Origin: Takakia lepidozioides
Taxonomy: Eukaryota > Plantae > Bryophyta
NCBI GenBank assembly: GCA_030704615.1
Contig: CM060732.1
Location: 6,014,001 to 6,078,000 of the forward strand
Length of the DNA: 64,000 nt
Direction: 5' to 3'
Part shown: piece after piece, positions 38,601 to 51,990 of the stretch
Position numbering within the stretch: the stretch's first letter is position 1
Layout of the letters: the number at the start of each line of letters is the position of its first letter
Made by a program: the position numbers and the translations under genes
Notes under the pieces: model-generated
Database searches by the model: none
What the model saw: the letters and a program-made list of their open reading frames with translations, nothing else
Told to the model about the DNA's origin: nothing

Positions 38601-41600
38601 TTGAGAACAACCCCCTTTAATCTGATTACCCCACTGTGCCCGCGGGATAAAAGCGTCCCCGCCACGTAGCGGGGCATGGAACCTCGTGGCCTGGACAAAG
38701 GCGCGGACCGCGCTGGTTAAACACGGAGACCGCCGGTGCGTGGCCTCGGGCCTTTATCCAGCGGTTAAACTCGCAACTTTTGGGCACGAGGCTTTTCCCT
38801 CGCCCGTGTGGCCACGCGGCCGTCATTTTCTGCACGTACACTTACGGTCAGCGCGCCCCGCCTCTCAGCGCCTAGGCGTGGGTCAACAGGTGCTCCCCAC
38901 GATCAGTTCGTTGAATTAGTAACCTCCTGGCGCACCAGCCAGGCCTACCCGTGATCTTGGCAGCCCGTGGGCAGTCTCCCACCAGCCTAAAAACACCATA
39001 AACAAAAGAACATTCTTTTCCTTTTTTTTATGTTCAAAGTCCCTTAATGGACTTACTAAGGGGTTAGTATGGCCCTCTCTGGCCTTCCACTAGTTAGTCT
39101 AGCTTGGGTAAAGACCCCTTAGAGCTTAGATATATGTCCTCACTTGGAAATCATAAAAAATCAACCAAAGCCTTAATGCTTTATTTCACCTACTATGGTG
39201 CCAAGCTTATGTGGCTATTCATATCATGGGTCTTCCCCAACTTAAATGCGAACAACAAAACACATCATAGTTGTCGCGCACCTCACTTCGGTAAGCTCCC
39301 CTTCAAGTCATAGTTACTCGCTTTCATGTGCGCGCCTAACTCCCAAACTGGCCGCCGGGCCAACTCGGAGCTTCGGCTGCTCACCGGGACATAACGGTCC
39401 CCCTTTACTCCTCCACCAGACCCTCGCTCAATTTGGGCCTAGTGGAAATTCCCTTTGGTTGTTGGCAGTCCGGAACAGCTCCCCACACCTTTGTCGCTTT
39501 CCGGCTCGCACGATTACTCACTAGTTTTTGGTCACCAACGGGCTTGCACCGTTCTCGGGGTTACTACTCCCTATATATACTTCTGTGACTGTCCGTGGGG
39601 GTTTCACAAACAACCTAGTCATTTTATGGCGAACCACCACGAAGACCCTCCATTCCCGGTGATGAGTCGCGGTGAGTCGCGGTGAGTCTTGGTCCACCCA
39701 CCACGGCCCCATTGGACCGTGATGAGTCCCAATACTCCCCATGACTCCCACCACAAGGTCTCCGCCCCATGGCGAGTCATATGCCACCCCCACTAAGACC
39801 CACTAAGCTACCACTACCCCTCGTGAAACCACCCCCACCGCAACCCGGTGTACGGGGCTCTTTGAGCGCCTTGGGCACTCAAGGGTGCTTCAGCCCCCGT
39901 ACCTATTGTTGTCACTGCCCCCACCACAGGGGCAGCCCCTCTCGTGTCCCGACCCCCTGCCCTCAAGGCAAAGGGCCGCGACACACACCCCTACCAACAG
40001 GGAGTCGATGTCCTCATCGACTTGTCCATTTTGTAGAAACTAACATCCAAGTCGTGGCGTCCCACATCAAAGAGTTTGTTTCCATACCATGGCGTCCCAT
40101 GGCAAAGAACCAAACCCCCACTTGACTCTACTCTCCACCAGCTAGTTTGGCCGACTTCCTCCAAGTCCCGGCCAAGGGTGGAGCCTCTCAGGCTCCACCC
40201 AGTGCACTCTTCTTGGCCCACTTCAAGGCCAATGAATGATCATCCCCGAGGATCGAATCGCCTTACTGCAACAACATTGTTTGCGATCGCTCATGATGCC
40301 GCTTTTTGGCATCATCTTGAGCAAGGGTTCACTTTGAACCCTTTTTGACTAGGAAGATAACCTTGAACCAACCGTGCGCCCCAATCACTACAATTGGGTC
40401 CGCCTTAGAATGCTGGCCTGAGGTACGGGAACAGCCGAAGCCGCACTACGACTTCGTCCCGAGGTTACACGATTATAATACGTGAACGGAGGCATGTAGC
40501 TTCCGCGTTAGTCCGCACTACAAGACAACCCCCTCGTTAGTGCATTTATAGTACGCGCACGCGCCAGGAGGGCACTAGCACGTGAACTACCAAAGAAGGC
40601 GCAAGTTTCGTTGCCCCTTGGATGGGAGTCACCCGATTTCGGCACTGCGCAAATACACGATTAATCCAATTTACCTCTCCCACTTTTGTAAGCTAGCATG
40701 CATTCTACACACTAGCCAAACATACCATGCATCACCATTCCAAACAAAATAGGAAGCACAACATCTGGAAACCATTTCATTTATAACAAAATTTGTACAA
40801 CACAAGTTTTTGCAATCGGATTCCTGAGCTAGCTAAGCCGGGCTAAGCATGCATTTCCTCCCCCACGATCCAAGGTTGATGTCCCCATCAACGCTTCTTC
40901 CACTTTTGAGGTCGCCCTTCGAAAGCTGCAATCGCCTCGGATGCGTTTCCCATTTCTAAGGCACGCACCCAAGTTGCCTCCACTTGATGATAGCCCTTCC
41001 ATTTCACGAGATACTCCGTTTCTCTTGAACCTCCTCGACTTAAGCATTGCCTCCACCTCGTACTCAGGTTCATTTTCATGATCCAATAGCACAGGTGGCG
41101 GACGCAACACTTGATGCCAATTCGGACGCGCTTCATCTTTGACGTGAGGCTTCAAAAGGGAGACGTGGAATACCGGATGCACCTTGCTGTTTGCCGGCAT
41201 CTCCAATTCATACACATCCTCATTCGTAACCTTCCGGATGCGAAAGGGCCCCGCATACGGAGGTACGAACTTCGGACTTACTTCCGGAGGTAGTCGAAAA
41301 TTCTTGATGTTCAACCAGACCTTCGTGCCTACCTCAAACTTAACTTCCCTCCATTTCTGATTCGCCTGCCGTTCATACCGTTTCCTAGCTTTGGCAATGT
41401 TGTACTTTGCGAGCTCCAACAAATGCTCGTGTTCTTCCAGCACCGCTGCTGCTGCCGGTTCCTCAACGTCCTGGGCGGCCCAACTTGTCGGCACCAGAGG
41501 TGCTTTTCCATAGACCAATATGAAACGGGAAACTCCCGTTGTGGAGTGTTTTGTGTTATTATAACAGAACTCTGCCGCATCCAAGTGCTCCACCAAGTCT

Positions 41601-42453
41601 GATTGGTCTGCCGACACATAATTCTGCAAGATCTGTTTCACCACGGAATTCACTATTTTCGTTTGGCCGTCCGTCGTAGGTCGGAAAGCCGTACCTCATC
41701 TTGAGTCTCGTCCCCATCTTCTTCCAAAGTGCCCTCCAAAATTTACTTGTAAACTTTGGATCGCGGTCCGAGACAATATTCTTCGGGAATCCATGATGCT
41801 GTCACGGACATAGCCCAGAGGAACTTACCAGGAGTAAATACCAGAAGTTACCAAGTTACCATGTTATCAGAAGTTATCATGACTTGCCGTAATTTACCCT
41901 GATCTACCATGATTTACCATTACTTATCAAGTTACTGGGAGTTTATCAAATTACCAAGAGTAACTTGGGAAACTGCTCAGGAAGCTTCATTTGGAGGAAA
42001 CTTCTCCATCAAGATACCTCTTTTGTTTAAGGAAGCTTCTCCATCAAGAAACCTTTGTTTAATCTTGGAAACTTCTCCAGCAAGAAACTTCCGTAGGGGA
42101 AGCTTTTTAGGGAAGCTTCTTAGTATCCAGTATATATAGGAGGCGAGACTGGACACTCTTCAGTCTCGCCAACACCAGTTCAAGCTACTCTTGTTTCCAG
42201 TTTCCAGTACTCCAATCCAGTTCCCAGTACTCTAACCCAGTTTCCAGTATCTGATACTTCAGTCCAGTTTCCAGCATTCCAATATTCAAGTCATGTTCCA
42301 ATATCTTGTACTCTTGTTCATTGTTATAAAGATCGTCTTGATTCCTATTTATTCATCGTGCATTCGGCCACGCCGACCTTGACTTCTTGTCTAGTCTTAT
42401 ACCTCTAGTCTGATCTCTTATTTGTGTTCACTCAATTTCTCGTCCCTGACAGT

Positions 42454-42464
42454 TTGGCGAGACT
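42454..42464 (+). promoter_or_regulatory. Self-priming PBS (Tf1-type)
   Basis: TTGGCGAGACT is the exact reverse complement of AGTCTCGCCAA (42162-42172), which lies ~30 nt after the TATATATA box at 42131. Confidence 0.8.
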
Positions 42465-43502
42465 AAAGTTTGTTTCTTAGTTAGTTAAGATGGAAGGCAC
42501 ATTTGCGGAAATGGTCGCCACATTGCAGAGTCTTCAGCTCCATATGCAAGAACTTCGTACCTTTACCGCCCAATTGCAAACTGATCAGTCTCAAGATCTT
42601 GGCAACGCTCTCCACAATTTGCAACAACAAATTTCAGAGTTAAAGGAGTCGAACAATGGATCTTTAACCATACAAGTCCCTACTGCAACAGCTTCTACTG
42701 CAACGGTTCCTCTTCAACAGATTATGAGAGAACCAAATATCAGCATGCCCGAGAAATTTGATGGGACGAGATCAAGATTTCGCGATTTTGTTCAACAAGT
42801 ACGACTGTTCATACGACTACATCCACAACGCTACCCCGATGAAGGTACTCAAGTGGGATTCGTGGGCACCCTTTTATCAGGCACTGCCCTATCTTGGTTT
42901 GCACCGCTAATAGAAAAAAATTCGCATTTACTATATAATTTTGAAGCATTCATGTCCGAGTTCACTGCAACGTTTGGAGAGAATGATAGAGAGAGAGTTG
43001 CAGAGACAAAGATGCGAAATCTTCGACAATGAGTACGTCCTGCTTCCGTTTATGCTGCCGAATTTTGACAACTTGCGTGCGATCTCGACTGGAATGAGAA
43101 GAGCCTCATTAGTCAGTTTTGATGAGGGCTAAAAGATGATGTAAAAGATTTGCTGCTGACAATGCCAAACGTGAGTACACTGAGCGAATTCATTACCCAA
43201 GTCATTGCATGCGATAATCATTTGTTCGAAAGACGTCAAGAGAAGCAATATGGATGGTCGACGACGCACCATACCGCTGTTACTACGGCACCAAACACAA
43301 TGATCCATCACATATCCGGTAATGATCCTATGCAGATTGATGCTGTCCGATTCAAGCCATTGACGCCACAAGAAAAATAAAGACGACGCTCGAATGGATT
43401 ATGCCTCTATTGCGGAGAAGATGATCACATAGCATTAAACTGCCCCAACAAGAGAAGATTCAAAGCTCGGGGCACAACTCAAGTGTTCGATATGAGGAGG
43501 TT

Positions 43503-43560
43503 GGAAAACGAAGATGTCCAGTCACAGTAGGGACCATGCGGCTGGACACCCCAAATTCCT
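43503..43560 (+). promoter_or_regulatory. -1 programmed ribosomal frameshift signal at the gag/pol junction
   Basis: Heptamer G GAA AAC (43503-43509), 5-nt spacer, stem TGTCCAG/CTGGACA (43515-43521 / 43542-43548). gag stops at QSQ* while the -1 frame continues towards the protease. Confidence 0.72.
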
Positions 43561-46500
43561 CACAAAAAAAAAAGTCTCTTTCTACCTCCAGACCTTGTAC
43601 CTTGTTTCACAGTTCCAGTAAAGATCAGGATGCAAAATCGAGATATCTCCGTAGAAGAACTTTTGGACTCGGGCGCTTCAGCGTGTTTTATTGACAATGA
43701 CTTTGTGAAGCAACACAATTTAACGCTCGTAAGAAAGAAATTTTCGGCCCCTGTTGAAGTCATCGATGGACGACCGTTAGCATCAGGAAATATTGACCAT
43801 GAAACTCAACCTCTTGAAGTGAAGCTTAAAAATCAAGCATCATAGATTGTTTTCAATGTCATCCAGTCTCCAACAAATCTTGTGATCTTTGGACTTCCCT
43901 GGTTTGTACTTCATAATCCTGACATCGACTGGCGATCACGAAAAATTTCGGCAAGACAAAAATGCAAAAATACCAAAGGTATTCAACCCCTGTTTCTTGG
44001 AGCTAGAGCCTTCATGAGAGCTACGAAGAAAGACGCAACATTTGCACTTTATGTGACTCCGATCAAAACCACAACAGACCAAGGTACTTCGACATTACCC
44101 ACTCAATATCAAGATTTCAAGGATGTCTTCGAGAAGAAAAATGCAGACATGTTACCAGAACAGCAACTGAGTTGCAAGAAGGAGCTCAACCACCATTCGG
44201 CCCGATCTACAATTTATCTCAGACGGAGCTGGCTGCTTTACGCGAATACATTGATGAAAATTTGTCAAAGAATTTCATTCGACATTCGAAATCACCCGCG
44301 GTAGCACCTATCTTATTTGTGAAGAAGAAGGATGGATCGTTACGCATGTGTGTGGACTATCGTGGGCTCAACAAAGTCACTATAAAAAATCGTTACCCAC
44401 TACCGCTGATTTTCGGACTCCTCGAACAACTTGGATGAGCAAATTTTTTCACAAAGATCGACTCCAGAGGAGCTTACAACCTTGTACAAATAAAAGAAGG
44501 AGACAAATGGAAGACTGTTTTTCGCATAAGTGTTATGCCTTTCGGTCTTACAAATGCTCCAGCAATTTTTCAACACATAATGAATGACATCTTTCGAGAA
44601 TTTTTAGATAACTTTGTAGTCATCTATTTGGACGACATTTTGATATTTTCACAGAATGAAGAAGAACATGGTCGCCATGTATGCCTTGTCTTTCATAAAT
44701 TGAGAGAAAAATGACTATATGCCAAGTTGGAAAAATGTCTTTTCCACCAATCTGAAGTCGAATTTTTGGGCTACATTATTTCCGACAAACGCGTCTTTAT
44801 GGATCAGAAGAAAATACAAACCATCATCGAGTGGATTAAACCAATTTCGGTCCGAGATGTACAATGTTTTTTGGGATTTGCAAATTTCTATAGATTCTTC
44901 ATCAAGGACTACTCCAAAATTGCTGCACCATTGACACGACTCACAGAGAAAGACAAATTTGTATGGGACGAGAAGGCTGAAGCAGACATTTACAACGGCT
45001 CCAATACTGGTACATGCAGACCCATCTAAACCATTTATTTTGGAAGCAGAACTTTGCACTTGGCGCGGTACTCTCTCAATATGGTACAGATGGCCGACTT
45101 CACCCTGTTGGTTTTCGTTCTCGCAAATTTTCCGCTGCGGAGATCAATTATGAAATCCATGACAAAGAACTTCTAGCAATTATTGATGTTTTTGAGGAGT
45201 GACGTCATCTATTGGACGGAGGTAAACATCAGGTCACAGTCTATACTGATCACAAAAACCTCGAGTATTTTATGAGTGCTCGTGTTTTGAATCGACGTCA
45301 AGCGAGATGGAGTATGTCACTAGCAAGGTTTGATTTTGTTATTATCTACCGTCCCGGACATCTTCAAGGAAAACCAGATGCTCTTTCTCGACGATCGTAT
45401 CTTGCGCCAAAAGAAGGGGATGCAGCTTTTGAGCAACAGAAATCCATCATCTTGAAATCAACAAATCTCCAATTGAATATGCTATCTATGTCCACCTATG
45501 ACAATGTAGAGATCATAAAGGAGATTCAGGAAGCACTGAAAAACGACCAATTTGCTACGACACTACGAAGTCAACTAAATCGACCTCGAGACAACCCACA
45601 TGTTACAAACGACTTCGAATTCAAAGATGATTTACTTTATTTCAAGGGACTTCTCTATGTACCTCCAGGACCTACACGACTTTGAATTCTTCAAACATGT
45701 CATGATCTTCCGGCTGCAGGACATTTCAGCTTCAACAAAATAATGGAATTGATATCCAGGGACTATTGGTGGCCGCAGATGTGGAAACTCGTGAAAGAAT
45801 TTATAAAATCTTGCGACACGTGTGCTAGAGCGAAGGGACCACGACATCGACCTTACGACCTTCTTCAACCAATACCCATTCTCAAGGGTCCATGGTCGTC
45901 CGTGTCTATGGACTTTATTACGGACCTTCCAATTTCCAAGACCACCGATTCAATCATTGTTATTGTAGATCGTTTTACGAAGATGACACATTTCATTCCA
46001 TATAATAAGACGGTTACCGGCGAAGAAACTGCAAGACTCTTCTTCAATAATATCTACCGCATTCATGGACTCCCGAAGGACATCGTATGTGATTGAGGAC
46101 CACAGTTCATATCAAATTTCTGGTCACGACTTTCAACATCACGCCGACGCTCTTGAGACGATGGGCCACCAATACGACGCGTACTTCCTCGTCTGGACCC
46201 CGTACGACGGCAAGTGGAGCCTACTCAAAGTCTAATAATTCTGTTGGAGGTTGAGGCTTCGGATTCAGAGGGCAACGAAATCATGTTTGAAGGCAGCTTC
46301 AAAAATCAAAATGTTCAAATCACTGCGTGGTTCCAAGTTCAAGGTGTTGGACACTATCAATGGTTGCAGGGACCTATAAATCATTTGAGTCAAGAACGAA
46401 GAGCCGAATACTTGGCAAGTATCATTCGCCGGATTTTGGATTTTCTCCAACTCTAAGCAAGTCCAAGATTTTACCGCTCCTCAAGGAACTCGGCGCTAGA

Positions 46501-49500
46501 AGAGGGGGTGATGTCACGGACATAGCCCAGAGGAACTTACCAGGAATAAATACCAAAAGTTACCAAGTTATCACGACTTACCGTAATTTACCATGATCTA
46601 TCATGATTTACCATTACTTACCAAGTTACCGGGAGTTTACCAAATTACCAAGAGTAACTTGGGAAACTGCTCAGGAAGTTTCATTTGGAGTAAACTTCTC
46701 CATTAAGATACCTCTTTTGTTTAAAGAAACTTCTCCATCAAGAAACCTTTGTGTAATCTTGGAAACTTCTCCAGCAAGAAACCTCCATAGGGGAAGCTTC
46801 TTATGGAAGCTTCTTAGTATCCAGTATATATAGGACACTCTTCAGTCTCGCCAACACTAGTTCAAGCTACTCTTATTTCCAGTTTCCAGTACTCTAGTCC
46901 AATTCCCAGTAGTCTAACCCAGTTTCCAGTATCTGGTACTTCAGTCCAGTTTCCAACATTCTAGTATTCAAGTCGTGTTCCAATATCTTGTACTATTGTT
47001 CATTGTTATGAAGATCGTCTTGATTCATATTTACTCATCGTGCATTCGGCCACGCTGACCTTGACTTCTTATCTAGTCTTGTACCTCTAGTCTGATCTCT
47101 TGTTTGTGTTCACTCAATTTCTCATCTCTGACAGATGCTTGAAGACGTGGGCGAAGTAAAGTCGCCCCATCTCCTGCGCCGTTGCCGTCTCCTTAGTGGG
47201 GATGAAATGGCCATTTTACTGAACCTATCCACCACCACCATGATTGCATCGAATCCTTTTGACGGCGACATAGCAGTCATGAAATCCATTGAGACACTTT
47301 CCCAAGACCCCTCTGGAATCGGCAAGGGTTGTAACAGCCCCGCTTGCTTTTTGTACTCGCTCCGGTTTTGTTGGCATGTGGTGCATGTCTTGACATACTC
47401 CTCGGCCTCCTCCCTCAGTTTGGGCCAGAAATACTCTTTCTTCGAGAGTGCCGCGATGCGCTTGGCTCCGCTGTGGCCCGCAAGCGAGCCATCGTGACAT
47501 TCCCTCAAGAGACTATCTCTGATCCCTCCCTTCGGCACGTAGATGCGCTTTTGCTTGTACCGGAGTAGTCCATTGTGCAAGTGGAACTGCGATTTAACCC
47601 CCATCCTCAAGTCCCGCATCACGGACTTCGTCATATCATCCTGCTGGTAAGCCTTCCAAATCTTCCTTTGGAGCGTCGTCTCGCCCCTATACACCAACAT
47701 GAGCTGCTGCTTTCTACTTAAAGCATCGGCCACCACATTGTCCCATCCCGGTTTAATTGGATATCCACGTCGAACATCGGCCAAGTGTCTTGCCACCTCA
47801 GTTGTTTTGGGGACAACTTAGGCTACGTGGCAAAATACTTCACTGTGACATTGTCCGTGAACACCTTCACCGGGTTGGAACCAACATAGTGGTGCCAAAG
47901 CTCAAGGCAATGCACCACCGCCTTCATTTCTTTCTCATGTGTAGGCCACCGTCGCTCCACTTCATTCAGTTTCTTACTTTCGTAAGACACTAGACGTCCA
48001 TCCTTCATGAACACACCCCCAATCGCAAAGTCCGATGCATCTGTATGAATCTCAAATGGACGGTCGAACTCCGGGATTTTCAGGACTAGAGCTTCCGCCA
48101 TCCGCTGCTTCAACTCGGCAAAAGCTTGGCCACAAAAGGTGTTTCATACCCATACCTTGGACTTACACAGAAGGTCTGACGGTGGCCCCGTGATCTTGGC
48201 GAAATTTCTCACATACTTTCGGTAGTAGGAGACGAGTCCTAGGAAGGATCGCACTCCCGGGACCGAAGTCGGAGGCTCTCAGTCCAAGATCGCCCTCACC
48301 TTTCTGTCATCCATTTTGATTCCATCCTGTGTAATCACATGCCCTAGGAACTCCACTTTTGTGACCCCGAATTCACACTGTGAAGCTTTGGCATACAGCT
48401 TTCCTTCCCGCAATTTATGGAACACCCTTTTGAGGTGCTCCAGGTGCTCTTCCTTCATTTTCGATTACACCAAGATGTCGTCAATGTACACAATCACAAA
48501 GTCATCCATCCACTCGTAGAAAAGGCTGTTCATTAGCGTGCTAAAGGTCGCGGGTGCATTGGTGAGCCCAAAAGGCATCACCAAGAACTCATATGAACCA
48601 TATCTTGTCCTGCACGCGGTCTTTTCCTCATCTCTTTCCGCCACTCGGATTTGATGGTAGCCGGAGCGCAAATCGATCCGGCTGAAATACTTCGCTCCTG
48701 CCAACTGATCGAAGAGGTCCTCGATCCTTGGCAAAGGGTACCGGTTTTTGATAGTCACCTTATTTAGAGCCCTGTAATCGACACACATCCGCAACGTCCC
48801 ATCCTTCTTGTCTGTGAATAGCACCGGGGCTCCGTAAGGTGACTTACTCGGCCAGATGTACCCCTTTGACATTAGATCCTTGAGCTGGGCCTTCAGCTCG
48901 ACCAACTCTCTGTGGCTCAACCGGTAGGGCGCCTTGGCAGGCGGCTTTGATCCCGATATCACCTCTATCTTGTGGTCAACTCCTCTTCGCGGTGGCAAGC
49001 CGCTTGGTAAATCCTCCGGCATCACATCCTGGTATTTCTCCAAGATCCCCTTGATCCAATCTGGGCTCAGCTCCCTATCAACTTCTCCTTCCACTTGTCT
49101 TATATAAAACAAAAATTGGGGCTCGTGTGGCTCCTCCACGGCCCACTCCTTTGCTGACAGCAGGTTTATTTGCCCTCCCACTCGGTTGGGCGTTTCCGAT
49201 ACCTGTAAAACTTCGCCACCATCCCCACACGGTAGCGTGACTATTCTCTTGCGGCCATCTATGACCGCTCCGGATTTGCTCAGAAAGGTCATCCCCAAAA
49301 TGAGATCCACTCCATCAATCTCGCAAATGGTGAAGTTCTCACGTCCCTCCCAACTCCCGAGCTAAAGAGGAACTTTGAACGCCAACCTCGTCGCCAATTG
49401 TGGTTCTCCTTTGGCAGAACGCACCTCAATAGAGGCCCCCACATCACTTGTCGGGAGCCCCAGCTTCCGTGCCGTTGCCGGTGTCATGAAGGAGTGCGAC

Positions 49501-51912
49501 GCTCCTGTGTCCACCAATAACGACACGTTAGTTCCGGAAATTATCCCACTCACGAACATTAACTGACTCCCTTTACGCAAGGCGCTAGTTTCTTGATATA
49601 ACTCACAAGAGTAGTTGCCTACCTTGCAAGTCTTGGCGACCACCGCCTCCACCAAGCGGCTGATGGAATCTTCGGACAGCTCCGCGGTCGCCCGAGTCAT
49701 GTTCAATTGTCGGGGTTTTGCGCACTTCTTAGTCATGTGCCCAGGCTCCCCGCAATTAAAGCACACTCCATCGAAGGTCGCATTCTGTCCGCCAGAAGCC
49801 GCCGCACCTAATTTTCTTTTCGGGGCACCGAGTGCCGCTTTAACGTGTAAAGGCCCTCCCTTCGATTTCCATGTGCCATAACCGTACGGCCTTGTCTTTC
49901 GCCCCTAGGGACATCCGAGAAACATTCAGCCCTTTCAATTGCCTCGTTCAAAGTCTTAGGTGGCTTCTCCTCCAACTTCCGCCTGGCCCATGGGGCTAGT
50001 CCCGCCACAAAGTTGAAGACCATTTCTGGTTTTGCCATATCCGCGACTTCAAGCAACAGTATATTGAAAGTCTGAACATATCCCCGAATGTCATCCGTTT
50101 GCTTCAAATTCCTCATCTTGTCTCGGGCGAGCCAGGACGCATTGGGGGGCACAAACTGTCTTTTCATAAGTTCTTTGAACCCACTCTAACTCAAGGTTTC
50201 TGGGTTTGGACCTTGGTCATGAAGGCGTTTCTGCCACCATTGTTGAGCATAGCCCCTCAAATAGGTGGGAGCCACTTCCACCCGATCCTCGTCACTCAAC
50301 TTGGCCGCCCGGAAGTACTGCTCTAGCTCCAAGAGCCAGGTGTTGAGTGCCTTCCGATTTTGGACGCCCTCGAAGGTGCCGGGTTCCTTAGGCTCACCTT
50401 AAACTTTGCCTTAGTGGAAGTGGCATCAGCCGCCTTCAACACATCTTTCAACGTCCTGCCAAACTGCGCCAACAACCCTTCCCAAAAGGTTGCTGGCATG
50501 GGAGGCATCTGTGGGTCTGGCGGAGCCTTTGGGAAGTCCTCGGGCTCCGACTCCCAAAATTCTTCCCATTCTTGAGCGGCCTCACTTTCAGAAGCATGAA
50601 TCGCCTCTTCCAATTGCCGCTTTGGTGACACGTCGCCCACACCGGGCTCACCAGGATCATCATCTTTCGGGCCATTCCGCTTTCGTTTTGTCATGCCCGA
50701 CCCCATGATGAGGCCGATCTCAAGGACAATCGCGTACTGAACTCTAAGCTCTGATACCAAGTGTCGCGCACCTCACTTCGGTAAGCTCCCCTTCAAGTCA
50801 TAGTTACTCGCTTTGATGCGCGCGCCTAACTCCCAAACTGGCCGTCGGGCCAACTCGGAGCTTCGGCTGCTCACCGGGACATAACGGTCCCCCTTTACTC
50901 CTCCACCAGACCCTCGCTCAATTTGGGCCTAGTGGAAATTCCCTTTGGTTGTTGGCAGTCCGGAACAGCTCCCCACACCTTGGTCGCTTTCTGGCTCGCA
51001 CGCTTACTCACTAGTTTTTGGTCACCAACGGGCTTGCACCGTTCTCGGGGTTACTACTCCCTATATATACTTTTGTGATTGTCCGCGAGGGTTTCACAAA
51101 CAACCCAGTCATTTTATGGTGAACCACCACGAAGACCCTCCATTCCCGGTGATGAGTCGCGGTGAGTCTTGGCCCACCCACCACGGCCCCATTGGACCGT
51201 GATGAGTCCCAAGACTCCCCACGACTCCCACCACAAGGTCTCCGCCCCATGGTGAGTCCTATGGCACCCCCACTAAGACCCACTAAGGTACCACCACCCC
51301 TCGTGGAACCACCCCCACTGCAACCCGGTGTGCGGGGCTCCACCTAGTGAGCGCCTTTGCCTCCTTGAGCGCCTGGGCACTCAAGGGTGCTTCAGCCCCC
51401 GTACCTATTGTTGCCACTGCCCCCACCACAGGGGCAACCCCTCTCGTGTCCCGACCCCCTGCCCTCAAGGCAAAGGGCCGCGATAATAGTGAACTCAGAT
51501 TTGCAAATCATCTCATCAAGAGGGCTATTTTTCTGTCAATCACTTCAACTTCTGCAAATCTTAGCTTGGAAAATAATTCAATGCACATGCATGAACAACA
51601 AGTGAGTGGAGTGTCAACCTGCTCTGTAGGAGGTGCTTGTGATGCTCTAATGACTCGTGCAATGGTACTCTATGCGGCCCTTCCTTGGTGCTCGTCACTA
51701 GGTCCACGCCGGCCTTCCTAGTCGTATCCAAGTCTCCCTTTCCCCACACGAGATGGCACAACCTCCTTGATCAAATTCAAAAGGGCCTCAAGGCCAATCA
51801 ATGGACTAGGCTCCTTGCCTTAATCCTCTAACAATCCTTCTACACTAGGGAGCTTCAAGCTCCACTCCATAGGACCTAGGCTTCCTCAAGCCACAAACTA
51901 GCAAGCATCTAT

Positions 51913-51958
51913 GGAAATGCGGCGCCAAATTCCCATCAAGCGGGGATGACTAGAGGGG

Positions 51959-51990
<32 letters not shown>

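Larger units (their letters stand above)
41800..47133 (+). mobile_element. Ty3/Gypsy chromovirus family A copy 2 (integrase 3'-truncated), nested in B2 integrase
   Basis: LTRs at 41800-42451 and 46512-47133. TSD GATGC at 41795-41799 and 47134-47138. PPT AGAAGAGGGGGTGA before 46512. gag 42490-43530, pol to ~46123. Confidence 0.95.
39272..51485 (-). mobile_element. Ty3/Gypsy chromovirus family B copy 2, interrupted by family A copy 2
   Basis: LTRs at 39272-39983 and 50762-51485. TSD ATAGT at 39267-39271 and 51486-51490. PBS at 50747-50759. gag-pol fragments at 47134-50760; integrase/chromodomain at 40888-41799. Confidence 0.94.

Noticed and set aside
51959-51988. 30-nt poly(A) as a retroposon tail
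   Set aside because: No upstream SINE/LINE body or TSD is identifiable; it lies within the palindrome array region.
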